Source of the DNA: Planctomycetota bacterium
Lineage (GTDB): Bacteria > Planctomycetota > SBBH01 > JACQRN01
Length of the DNA: 39,468 nt
Assembly (NCBI GenBank): GCA_016206515.1
Contig: JACQRN010000211.1
Location: forward strand, 1 to 39,468
Direction of reading: 5' to 3'
The position numbers and the translations under genes were made by a program. Positions 23,502 to 32,487 of this stretch are shown here, in pieces. How positions within the stretch are numbered: position 1 is the stretch's first letter; each line of letters opens with the position of its first letter. The notes under the pieces are model-generated. The model was not told the origin of the DNA, did not search any database, and saw only the letters and a program-made list of their open reading frames with translations.

Positions 23502-24728
23502 GTGACGTTTCGCGCAAGCCGGGCCATCGCGGTCGCCGCCCTCCTCGCCGCGATCGGACCCGGTTGCGCGCGCAGGCCTCCAGAACGCGACGATCTGTCC
23601 GAGAGGATCGACGCGGCGCTCGCCCACGCGCAGGGGTTCCTCCTGTCGCAGCAGTCCCCCGACGGCGCGTGGCGCTCGCGTACGTACGGCGCGATGCGCG
23701 ACGGGCCGTCCTTGACGCCGGCAGCATGCAAGTTCCTCGCGTTCCACCCCTCCCTCGACGAGTCGGGGGCCGCTGCGCTCGCGCGCGGACGCGACTACAT
23801 CGCCAGGATGCTCCGCCCTGACGGATCGAGCGAGCCCGATGGCGGCGCCCTGCTGTACCCGGTCTACACCGCCGCGCTCTCGGCGATCGTCCTCGGACAA
23901 TCCGCGGAGCCGGAGCACGCTCGTGCCTCGCGCTCCTGGCTCACCCTCCTGCGCGAGCACAGGTACGGCCCGCATCTGGGGTGGAGGCGGGCGGATGCGA
24001 CCTACGGCGGATGGGGATACGCGCCCCGTCCGTTCCCCAAGGACGCCGCCCGGGAAGGATTCGAGGGAGAGGCGAACCTCTCCTCGACACTGTTCGCCGT
24101 CGGCGCCCTGCGGATGTCGGGCCTGGGGGCGGACGATCCGGTCTGTCGCGACGCCCTTGCCTTCGCCTGCCGCTGCCAGAATTTCGCGGAGGCCCCCGCG
24201 CTCGGCGACCCCGCATTCGACGACGGCGGCTTCTTCTTCTCGCCGGCCGATACCCTGCGGAACAAGACGGGCGCCGTCCGGGATCGCGACGGCCAGGAGC
24301 GTTTCCCCTCGTACGGGAGCATGACCGCCGACGGGATCCGGCTCCTCCTGCGGTGCGGACTCCCGCCGGACCACCCGCGCGTCCGCGCGGCCTCGTCCTG
24401 GCTCCAGGCGCATTTCGACCCGGCGCACGTCCCGGGCCGTTTCGCCCCAGACCGGGAGTTCCTGCGCGACGCGACCTACTACTACTACGCGTGGTCGTGC
24501 GCGCACGCGTTTGCGACCCTCAACCTGCGGACATGCGACGTCGCCGACCGCCGCGTCGACTGGGCCGCCGCGCTCGCCTCCGAACTCCTCTCCCGCCAAT
24601 GCGAGGACGGTTCCTGGGCGAGCCCGCTCGGCGATTCCAAGGAGGACGACCCCCTCGTGGCGACGCCTCTGGCCGCCGGGGCGCTGGCGCTGTGCGCTCG
24701 GCAGATGGATACGTCCGCCGCACGGTAG
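23502..24728 (+). CDS. secreted (possibly lipidated) prenyltransferase/terpene-cyclase-repeat protein, paralogous type
   Basis: GTG start 10 nt after the upstream stop. Signal peptide ends in Cys (AALLAAIGPGC). Repeats SQQSPDGAWRS, MLRPDGSSEP and RQCEDGSWASP. Aromatic-rich toroid motifs (YGGWGY, YYYYAWS). Confidence 0.75.
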   Translation: MTFRASRAIAVAALLAAIGPGCARRPPERDDLSERIDAALAHAQGFLLSQQSPDGAWRSRTYGAMRDGPSLTPAACKFLAFHPSLDESGAAALARGRDYIARMLRPDGSSEPDGGALLYPVYTAALSAIVLGQSAEPEHARASRSWLTLLREHRYGPHLGWRRADATYGGWGYAPRPFPKDAAREGFEGEANLSSTLFAVGALRMSGLGADDPVCRDALAFACRCQNFAEAPALGDPAFDDGGFFFSPADTLRNKTGAVRDRDGQERFPSYGSMTADGIRLLLRCGLPPDHPRVRAASSWLQAHFDPAHVPGRFAPDREFLRDATYYYYAWSCAHAFATLNLRTCDVADRRVDWAAALASELLSRQCEDGSWASPLGDSKEDDPLVATPLAAGALALCARQMDTSAAR

Positions 24729-24749
24729 CGCGGGGTTCATCCCCGCGCT
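24727..24749 (+). terminator. stem-loop overlapping the stop codon of the upstream + gene
   Basis: AGCGCGGGG-ttcat-CCCCGCGCT: a 9-bp GC-rich stem with no clear U-tract. Confidence 0.45.
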
Positions 24750-24756
24750 CGCCATG

Positions 24757-24777
24757 GGCCGGGCATAAAGCCCGGCC
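24757..24777 (-). terminator. stem-loop abutting the stop of the DMT gene
   Basis: GGCCGGGC-ataaa-GCCCGGCC: an 8-bp stem lying back-to-back with the 24727 hairpin in the convergent gap. Confidence 0.4.
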
Positions 24778-25124
24778 TACCCGGGGGTAGCCATCCCCCT
24801 GAACATGAAGAAGGCCCCCGCCGCCAGGCACAACCCCGCCCAAAGGAAGTCGAGCCGCACCGGCTGCTTCATATAGACGACCGCGAAGGCGGCGAAGACG
24901 CACATCGTTACGACCTCCTGGATCACCTTCAGCTGGGCGAGGGAGAAGTGCCGGTACCCGATCCGATTGGCGGGGACCTGGAGGCAATACTCAAGGAACG
25001 CCACGCCCCACGATGCGAGGATCGCGACGAGGACCGGCTTCCCCTTGAGGTCCTTCAGGTGGCCGTACCACGCGTACGTCATGAACAGGTTCGAGCCGAC
25101 CAGCAGAAGGACCGTCGTCGCCAT
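24777..25124 (-). CDS. small DMT-family membrane protein (DUF486-like)
   Basis: 115 aa from ATG 25124, with four hydrophobic segments. MTYAWYGHLK and LEYCLQVPANRIGY match my memory of DUF486/DMT small proteins. Confidence 0.7.
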   Translation of the reverse strand: MATTVLLLVGSNLFMTYAWYGHLKDLKGKPVLVAILASWGVAFLEYCLQVPANRIGYRHFSLAQLKVIQEVVTMCVFAAFAVVYMKQPVRLDFLWAGLCLAAGAFFMFRGMATPG

Positions 25125-25281
25125 GCCACACCTCCCGGGCGCGGAAGCGCCCTCACAGCAGGAATATCCGCCGCCGCACGGCGCGATTACAATCCCCCCG
25201 TGCGTGGGGAGATCGGACCGATCGGCGGCCGGGCGTTCCTGCATGGGTTCACCTCGTCGATCGGATTTTTCACGGGGAGAG

Positions 25282-25318
25282 GTTGACCGCCATAATGAAT
25301 TAGCGTACGCTAGTCAAC
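25282..25318 (+). promoter_or_regulatory. low-GC palindromic element abutting the start codon of the giant ORF (candidate operator/promoter)
   Basis: GTTGAC-cgccataatgaat-TAGCGTACGCTA-GTCAAC-ATG. It contains a perfect 12-nt palindrome at 25301-25312 flanked by inverted GTTGAC/GTCAAC, a CATAAT -10-like hexamer at 25291-25296 and no SD before ATG 25319. Confidence 0.4.
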
Positions 25319-28300
25319 ATGCCAGACGCCCCGCCACCCCGCGAAACGCTCCTCCGCGGGATCGTCCGACTCGCCGCGCAGGGGGTGCTGCCGCAGGGCT
25401 CGGCGCTCCAGGCGCTGCGCCACCTCTTGGAGGCGCCCGGGGAGACGTCCCCCTCGCTCGGGGCGATCGCGCTCGCCATGGCCGGCGAGGACCACCCCGC
25501 CGTGCGCGCGCTGCTCAAGTCCGTCCTCACCCTGCGCCGTGACACCGCCCGGTCCGTGCACGCCTCGCGCTCCGCACGTCTGGCGATCCCCCCCGAGCAC
25601 GCGCGGGACCTGGAGGGTCTCCCCTTCGACGCGCCCCTGCGATGGAAGGGGGGGGAGGAGACCGACGAGGAAACGTTCCTGTCGGGTACGGAGGCGCGTT
25701 TCCGCGCGTTGGAGCCTGCCCTGCGCGCGTCACTGCTCGACGCGGTCCTCCTATGGCCTACCGCGAGGGCCGCCAAGACAATCGGACGGCTCTCGACGAC
25801 GTTCACCCCCGAGGAGCGCGAGCGAGCCATCCTGATCCTGACATTGCGGTTCGGCGGGCCGGCAGGGGCCGAGTGGGAGACCTGGCGCGCATGGCTCGGG
25901 TCGGAGGACCTGCGATGGGAGGACGAACGACGCAGAACCCACGAGGCGGCCGAGCGGCCCGCCGTCCCGCCCGATCCCGCCCTCCCCGCCGCGCATGCAG
26001 CGCCGCCGGAACTGCCGCGCGCGGTCCCCCTGCCACCCCCTCCGAGCGATATCCCCGGGCCGACCCCTTGGACTCGCCGAGAGCGCGAGGCGCCGCCGGA
26101 GCCAGAGCCTCTCCCGAGGGGGATCCCGCTCTGGCGCGACCACCTGCAACCGCTCTTCGTGGACAACTGGTACCTCGCCGTCGGGATCGCGATGGTCCTG
26201 GCCGGGAGCGCGCTCCTGGCGTACTTCACCTGGGACCGGCACTGGCTGGTGCGGTACGGGCTCCTCCCCGCGATGCTCGGGGGGATCGCCGCGCTCCTGG
26301 GGAGGCTCGGGGCGTGGCTGCAGCGACGCGCCGAGACGTTCGAGGGGGCCGCGGCCGCCCTGCGCGGCGCGGCGGTCGCCCTCCTGCCGATCGCGCTTGC
26401 CCCCCTCGCCTTCCTCGCCGACGACCCCATGGTCGCGCACAAGACGGCGGTCGTCCCCGCCCTCTCGCTCGCCGGCCTTGCCCCTGCCGCCTGGGGGCTG
26501 CGGCGCTGGTGCGGCGGGGTCCATGCCTCCCTCGCCGGGCCCTTCGCCCTCTCGCTTCTGGCGATCAACGCGCTCGCGCTCGCGCGCCCGGTGGGCCAGG
26601 CGCTTCTGGGCCTGGACCGCGCGCACCTCCCCGGGATGCTGGCGCTCTGCGCCTACGCCGGCTTCGCCGCCGCCTCCTTCGCCGCGTGGCGCCTCGCGGG
26701 CAGGACCCTCACGCCGGACCTCGCCCGGCGCCGCCCGGTCGGCGGATTCGTGGGAGCCTCCCTGGCGATCACATCCCTCGCGGTCTTCGCGTGGAGCCAT
26801 GCCGTCCCGCGCGTGCGGCCCGATCCGCAGACGTACGCCTGCCTGGCGATCCTCGCGGGGGGGCTCGTCCTCTGGCTCGAAGCGCGCCTGCAGGGGGTTC
26901 TCCAACTTCCCGCACGGGCCGGCCCCGAGGCGTTCTGCGCCTATGCGCTCCTCCTCCTCGGGATCCTCATGGGGATCCCCTCGGACACGGTCCGGATCGC
27001 GGCGCTCGCGCTCGCCGGCGCCGTCTGGCTCGCGCAGGGGGTCCGCCGCGAGCACGCCCTGCACGACTGGATCGGCCTGACGCTGCTGTCCCTGGCGGGG
27101 GTCTCGGTCGGCCTATTGGAGGGGTTCCCGCGCGAGAGGATCGCGCTCCTGGGCCCCGCCCTCGCCCTGCTTCTATCGGCCGCAGCGCGCCTGTCGGGCG
27201 GCCGCCTGGGGCCGACGTTCGCCTCCTCCTGCCGCGGGCTCCAGGGGATGGTCCTGGTCCTCTCCACGGCGGTCGCCGCGCTCGCACAGTGGCATTTCCG
27301 CAGCGCCCCCCCCTTCACCGCCGCGGTCCTCCTGGCCGACGCGGCGCTCCTCCTGTGGCTCGCGCACCGGGAGGGGACCGTCAACCCCGCCCTCGCCGCG
27401 GCGCTCGCCTGCGCGTTGGCGCTCCCGTACCTCGGATGCGCCGACGTGCTCAGCCGCACCTGGACGGGGAACACGATGGCGTTTGGCCTCGGAACCCTCT
27501 CGTTCGCATGGCTGGCGCTCGCGAGACTCCTGCCGGGCGGCCCGGTCCGGACCACCCGTTCGACCGTCGTCTGCCTGTACGGCGCGCTCGCGGCCACCGC
27601 CTTCCTCCTGCGGATCGGGTTCGAGGGGGATGCCCGGGCGTTCCCGGACTGGACAGGAAGGCTCCTCGACTGGTGCGGCCCGCTCCTGGCGACCGCCGCT
27701 CTCGTCTTCGCCACCTACCACTCGCGGTCGCACCTTCCCACCGCGATCGGCGTCCTCCTCTCGGCGGTCCTCTTCCCGCAGATGAAGGCGGGGCTCCAGG
27801 AGGCGTTCCCAGCCCTGGGGTTCGGCAGCGGGCTCGGGAGCGCCGCGTCCGCCGTCCTGATCGCCGCCCTCCTGTTCCGCCTGCGATCGCTCCCTGCCCT
27901 GCAGAACCTCTCCGGCGGCGACCCCTTCCTGGGGGGGAACCCCTTCCCGATGCGACGGACGGACCCGACCCTTTTCACCTCCCCGCTGATCTGCGCAGCC
28001 CTGTTCCTCGCCGCAAAGGTCGAGACATGGAATCTCGCCCGCAACCTCCCCGATCCGGGGATGAAGACGTGCGTCGCGCTCTGCCTCTCCGGGGCCGCTT
28101 GGACCCTTCTGGCCCTCTTCCGCCATCCGGAGGAGCGCTGGAAGCGGGCGGTCCATCTCGGCTGGATTTGGCTCGCGGCGGGGATCGCCCTGGCCCACCG
28201 GCACCTGTCGGATACACCGAGGTGGGACCTCCCGACCCTGGCGACCGTCCTGTCCCTGCTCGCGATCGTCCTCGCCTGCCGCGCCTGCCGCGCCTGCCGC

Positions 28301-31300
28301 GGGCCCCTGGCCTGGCTGCGCACGGCGCTGGGCGATCCGTACGCGGCCGTCCTGCGCACGGGGAGCCAGATCCTCACGCTGGCGTGCATCGCCGAGCTTC
28401 TCGTGGGACATCCCCCCGCGCGGATCTGGGCGACCGTAGGGACCGCCGCGCTTCTGCACGCTGCGTACGCCCTCGGCGATCGCCGCTCCTCCCTCCACGG
28501 CCTGCACCTGTTCCTGCTCGGTTGGGTGTCGCTCCTGCACGGATGCGTCCCGGGGAGCGGGCCCCTGATCGGGCGCCTCACCCTTGCGAACCTGATGGAA
28601 CCCACCGTCTGGCTCCTCCTGGGCGTCCAGGGTGCGGCCCTTGCCGCGGAGGTCGCGCCCCGTGCCGCGGTACGCCTGCGCTCCCTCCTGGTCCCCGCCC
28701 GCGCCTCCGCGGTGGCGATCTTGATCGGACTCGCCGCCGCTGCGGGAGCGGACGCCCTTCTCGGAAGGGAAATCGCCCCGCTGTACAGGCACTTGCTCGC
28801 CATCGTCGTCCTGCTCGTGGCGCGTCGCGAGCGGCTGGGGCCCGCTGCGCTCGCCGCGCTCGGGCTCGGCTATCTGCTCGTTCACGAGGCGCACCTCGAT
28901 GCTCTCGCGGGTCTGGATTTTCGCCTGCAACTGCTGACGGAGCCGTGGCGCCTCGGAGCTCTGGGCGCCGTGGCGGGTGGGACGGCGGCGCTCTTCGCGA
29001 GACTCGGAGGAAACCGCATCCTGTCCGCTCCGGCGGGGGAAACGCTCCCGGGCCTGGGCGCGGAATCCTGGCGCATGCGTCCCTGGATGCTGGCGCCTGC
29101 GATCGTCCTGGCGCTCCTGGCATCCGGCCGCCACGCGATCGAATGGAACTTCCGGAACGACCCTGGCCAACTCGGCGCGACGTACCTCTCCGCCCTGGCC
29201 CTGGCCGCCGCGGCCTGCGGGGGGGGCGGGGTGCGCGCCCTGGCTCTCTCCGGGGCGCTCGTCGTCCTGGGGAACATCCACGCCGTGCGCGTCCTGGCGG
29301 GGCCGATGTTGCGCGGGCGGGGGCTGTCCGAGACGCACCTCGTCTGCCTGGGGCTCTGGACCGGTCTGGCGCTCGCGTGGGCGCTGCGGCGGGCCCTCCG
29401 CTCGCGCGCCGATGTCGTCAACGCGCTCGAACGCACCGCGCTGGCCCTGGCCGGGACCCTGCTCGCCCTGCTGGCGGCCAACTACCTCGTCCGGCCCGAT
29501 CTGCAGACGATCACCCCGCTCCGGTTCGCGGTCTCCGGCGCGCTGGCCCTCGCATCGGCCCTTCCGTTCCGCCGCGCGTCGCGCAGTGACGCGCCGCACG
29601 CGCCCCTGTGCGAGGGGGTCCACCTGTTCGGGATCGCGATGGCGATCTGGTGCGCCGCGCTCCTGGTGGAGCCCCTGCGCTCCCCCGCGCGCGCCCTATG
29701 GGCGCTCTCCGTGCCTGCCTTCTATTTCGCGATCCGCGCCGAAATCGGCTCATGCACCGGCCACCTCAGCGCCCGTGCCTATCGCGACGGCGCCGCGGTG
29801 GTGGGGTTCCTCCTGCTGGGGCTGTACGCCTCCCGTGGCGCGCTGCGCATGGCGTTCTTCCCGCACGAGCCGATCCGGACGGACCATTACCACGACAACG
29901 CCCCGGCGGTGCTGCTGCTGGGGCTGCTCCTGCTGCGCCTGCGGGGGCTCGGCGGGACCGGGTGGCTCTCCTTCTACGGCGGGATGGCGCTCGTGGCCGG
30001 GACCTACTTCACCGTCACGGCGCTCCCGGGATGGAGTCCCTTCGAGGATCCGACCCCCGGGGCGTGGATCGCGGTGGCGCTCGCGCTCGGATGGAGCGCC
30101 GCCTGGACGCGCGCCTCGCCGATCCGCAAGGGCCTGTCGGCTCTCACCCAGACAACGGAACAGGAGTGGGACCGCTTGCGCCAGGCGTGGGAACTTTTCG
30201 CCTCGGTCGGTGCCCACGCCGCCTGCGCATGGGCCTGTTCCCAGGCAGCCGACACGCGCCAGATCGCGCCGCTCCTGGCGGGCGCGGCGGCGACGCTGCT
30301 GCCGGGCGCGCTGCGGACGAGGGCCGGCGCCGGCGGGCTCCTGGCCGTGGCCCTGATCGAAATCCTCGCGGCGCTCCACGCGGACTTCGCCGTTCCGAGC
30401 TACCTGGGCCGGGCGGACATCGTCTGGGCGATTCTAGGCCTGTTCGCCTCCGTGGTCGCCGCCGCTCATGCGTGCGCGGCGGTGCGCGGCCCTGGGGCGA
30501 CGGACGACAAGACACCTGCGGGGGAACGCCTGCGCTGGGCGGTGGGGCTTCTCTCCCTCCTCTCCTTCGCCCATGTCCTCTACCACCACCCCGGATCGAG
30601 CACGGGCCTGTCGGCCTTCTGCTCCCTCGCCATGCTCCTCGCCGCCTCGCCCAGCGTCGGCGCCCAGGCGAACGCGCTCGGGCTTCCGGCCGTGCCGGTC
30701 CTGGCCGCCCCGGTCTGGATCGCCTACTTCAGCCAGGCGGGCTCGCCGGAAGGCCCGCTTCGCTCAGGACCCCTCCCCTGGGGAAGGGGCCCCTGGCACG
30801 GCCTCGAGACCTGGCCGCTTCTGATCCTGGCGGCCTCGATCCTGGCGACCGGGGCTCTCGCCGCGCGCGCGCGCTTGGCAGGATGGATCCTTCCCGGCAT
30901 CACCCGGCGCGCACAGGTCCTGCTCGACGACACCCTCGATGCGATGCGGGTGCGCGGGGAATCGGTCCACCACGCGACCCTCTGGGTCGCCACGGCCCTT
31001 GCCGCCGCGGTCCAGGTCCACCACTACGGGGCCGCCTTCGAGCACCGCGCCCTGACGCTCCTCGCCCTGCTCTGGTGCGCCCTGGGTCTGGCATGGATGC
31101 GGCAGGGGAAGTTGCGGGACACCTGGCTCCCGTACACGCTGGCGCAGGGATGCCTGTTCGCACTCCTGGCCGCGCTGCGCCGCCAATTGATGCTGACCAC
31201 CTCCTTCTGGACGCACGAGTACGACGTTTGGGCGTCCCTGGCGGCGTCCCTCCTCCTGGCCGGCCTCAAGCCGCAGATCGACCGGCAGGGCGTCGCGGCG

Positions 31301-31987
31301 CGCCGCCCCGCCGGTCTGGCGCTCCTCGTGCTCCCGGCCGTGGCCCTGGCCTGGACGTACCTGCACGGCCTGGGGACCGACCTCGCGCTCGTGGTCCTGG
31401 GACTCCACTCCATGACCTTCTCGTTCCTGGGCCGCTCCGACCGTCACTCCCCCTACAACATCGTGGCGCTGGCGGGCTTCACGGGGTTCGTGACGCTCGC
31501 GTTCTGGAGCAAGCTGGAGCTGCGCGTCGTGCAGGCGTACGTCATCCCCGTAGGCGTCGCGATCCTTCTCCTGCTGCGGGCGTTCGGGGACCGGATGGAG
31601 CCGGGAGCGCGCAACCGGATCCGCCTAGCGACCTTGCTCGCGATGCTCGGCAGCAGCGGCTACTACGCCCTGTTCGACGTTCGCCACCCCCTGCCGTTCC
31701 ATCTGACGTTCCTGGCCCTGGGGCTCCTGGCGATCGGGATGGGGGGACTCCTGCACGTGCGCCTGTACGCAGTGCTCGGGACGAGCGGAGTGCTCCTCGA
31801 CCTCGCCTCGCTCGTCTGGCGCGCCCTGGCGGGGCTCGACGCGCCCGCACGGATGACGGCGCTCGGATTCCTGATCCTCGCCACCGGGGCGGTCCTCGTC
31901 GGCGGCGCCGTCTACTACAAATCGCACCGCGAGGAGATCCTGCGGAGGCTGGGCATGATCCGCGCGCGGTTCTCCGCGTGGGAGTAG
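25319..31987 (+). CDS. giant polytopic membrane protein (2,222 aa), unknown function
   Basis: Uninterrupted ORF. A ~290-aa soluble N-terminus with a Pro-rich linker is followed by about 60 L/A/G-rich hydrophobic segments (by-eye count) with short R/H/W/P loops. Competing long ORFs in other frames are R/P/G-rich shadows. Confidence 0.75.
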   Translation: MPDAPPPRETLLRGIVRLAAQGVLPQGSALQALRHLLEAPGETSPSLGAIALAMAGEDHPAVRALLKSVLTLRRDTARSVHASRSARLAIPPEHARDLEGLPFDAPLRWKGGEETDEETFLSGTEARFRALEPALRASLLDAVLLWPTARAAKTIGRLSTTFTPEERERAILILTLRFGGPAGAEWETWRAWLGSEDLRWEDERRRTHEAAERPAVPPDPALPAAHAAPPELPRAVPLPPPPSDIPGPTPWTRREREAPPEPEPLPRGIPLWRDHLQPLFVDNWYLAVGIAMVLAGSALLAYFTWDRHWLVRYGLLPAMLGGIAALLGRLGAWLQRRAETFEGAAAALRGAAVALLPIALAPLAFLADDPMVAHKTAVVPALSLAGLAPAAWGLRRWCGGVHASLAGPFALSLLAINALALARPVGQALLGLDRAHLPGMLALCAYAGFAAASFAAWRLAGRTLTPDLARRRPVGGFVGASLAITSLAVFAWSHAVPRVRPDPQTYACLAILAGGLVLWLEARLQGVLQLPARAGPEAFCAYALLLLGILMGIPSDTVRIAALALAGAVWLAQGVRREHALHDWIGLTLLSLAGVSVGLLEGFPRERIALLGPALALLLSAAARLSGGRLGPTFASSCRGLQGMVLVLSTAVAALAQWHFRSAPPFTAAVLLADAALLLWLAHREGTVNPALAAALACALALPYLGCADVLSRTWTGNTMAFGLGTLSFAWLALARLLPGGPVRTTRSTVVCLYGALAATAFLLRIGFEGDARAFPDWTGRLLDWCGPLLATAALVFATYHSRSHLPTAIGVLLSAVLFPQMKAGLQEAFPALGFGSGLGSAASAVLIAALLFRLRSLPALQNLSGGDPFLGGNPFPMRRTDPTLFTSPLICAALFLAAKVETWNLARNLPDPGMKTCVALCLSGAAWTLLALFRHPEERWKRAVHLGWIWLAAGIALAHRHLSDTPRWDLPTLATVLSLLAIVLACRACRACRGPLAWLRTALGDPYAAVLRTGSQILTLACIAELLVGHPPARIWATVGTAALLHAAYALGDRRSSLHGLHLFLLGWVSLLHGCVPGSGPLIGRLTLANLMEPTVWLLLGVQGAALAAEVAPRAAVRLRSLLVPARASAVAILIGLAAAAGADALLGREIAPLYRHLLAIVVLLVARRERLGPAALAALGLGYLLVHEAHLDALAGLDFRLQLLTEPWRLGALGAVAGGTAALFARLGGNRILSAPAGETLPGLGAESWRMRPWMLAPAIVLALLASGRHAIEWNFRNDPGQLGATYLSALALAAAACGGGGVRALALSGALVVLGNIHAVRVLAGPMLRGRGLSETHLVCLGLWTGLALAWALRRALRSRADVVNALERTALALAGTLLALLAANYLVRPDLQTITPLRFAVSGALALASALPFRRASRSDAPHAPLCEGVHLFGIAMAIWCAALLVEPLRSPARALWALSVPAFYFAIRAEIGSCTGHLSARAYRDGAAVVGFLLLGLYASRGALRMAFFPHEPIRTDHYHDNAPAVLLLGLLLLRLRGLGGTGWLSFYGGMALVAGTYFTVTALPGWSPFEDPTPGAWIAVALALGWSAAWTRASPIRKGLSALTQTTEQEWDRLRQAWELFASVGAHAACAWACSQAADTRQIAPLLAGAAATLLPGALRTRAGAGGLLAVALIEILAALHADFAVPSYLGRADIVWAILGLFASVVAAAHACAAVRGPGATDDKTPAGERLRWAVGLLSLLSFAHVLYHHPGSSTGLSAFCSLAMLLAASPSVGAQANALGLPAVPVLAAPVWIAYFSQAGSPEGPLRSGPLPWGRGPWHGLETWPLLILAASILATGALAARARLAGWILPGITRRAQVLLDDTLDAMRVRGESVHHATLWVATALAAAVQVHHYGAAFEHRALTLLALLWCALGLAWMRQGKLRDTWLPYTLAQGCLFALLAALRRQLMLTTSFWTHEYDVWASLAASLLLAGLKPQIDRQGVAARRPAGLALLVLPAVALAWTYLHGLGTDLALVVLGLHSMTFSFLGRSDRHSPYNIVALAGFTGFVTLAFWSKLELRVVQAYVIPVGVAILLLLRAFGDRMEPGARNRIRLATLLAMLGSSGYYALFDVRHPLPFHLTFLALGLLAIGMGGLLHVRLYAVLGTSGVLLDLASLVWRALAGLDAPARMTALGFLILATGAVLVGGAVYYKSHREEILRRLGMIRARFSAWE
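28274..28300 (+). repeat. 9-nt x3 in-frame tandem repeat (GCCTGCCGC) inside the giant ORF
   Basis: Encodes ACR-ACR-ACR in LACRACRACRGPL. Confidence 0.8.
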
Positions 31988-32007
31988 GGGGGCGGTATGC
32001 TGTCCGC

Positions 32008-32487
32008 GTGACGCCCCCCCCCTCCCTCCAGGAAACCTACTTCGCCGACGGCACCTGCTTCGGCTGCGGCCCGGCGAACGCGAAGGGGTTGCGCATACGC
32101 TCCCTCCCCGTCGGCGACACGCCCGACGGCGAGGTCGTCGCCGATTGGACTCCGAGCAAGCACCACGAGGCGTTCGAGGGGATGCTCAACGGCGGGATCG
32201 CGGGCGCCCTCCTCGACTGCCACAGCAACTGGACCGCCGCGTGGCACCTGATGAAGCGCGACCGGCTCCCCCGCCCCCCCTGTACGGTCACGTCCGACTT
32301 CCACGTCCGCCTGACCGCGCCGACGCCCCTGGGCGGCCCCCTGCGGATCTCCGCGCGCGCCGTCTCCTCCGAACGCCCCCGCGTCACCGTGGAGGCGACG
32401 ATCAGCGCGAGCGGCAAGGTCACCGCCACCTGCACCGGGACGTTCGTCGCAGTCAAACCCGGGCACCCGGCGTACGGCCGGTGGTAG
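32008..32487 (+). CDS. PaaI-type hotdog-fold thioesterase
   Basis: GTG 32008 lies 20 nt after the giant ORF stop. Motifs CFGCGPANAKGLRI and HEAFEGMLNGGIAGALLDCHSNW, with a typical ~155-aa length. Only the tail of the 959-aa ORF is non-shadow-like. Confidence 0.75.
   Translation: MTPPPSLQETYFADGTCFGCGPANAKGLRIRSLPVGDTPDGEVVADWTPSKHHEAFEGMLNGGIAGALLDCHSNWTAAWHLMKRDRLPRPPCTVTSDFHVRLTAPTPLGGPLRISARAVSSERPRVTVEATISASGKVTATCTGTFVAVKPGHPAYGRW

Noticed and set aside
25642-29623. Long alternative ORFs inside the giant gene (25642-29589 +, 1,315 aa; 27173-29623 -, 816 aa; 25751-27064 -; 25300-26568 -)
   Set aside because: All are R/P/G-rich low-complexity translations. Only the 25319 frame gives coherent hydrophobic helices with short loops.
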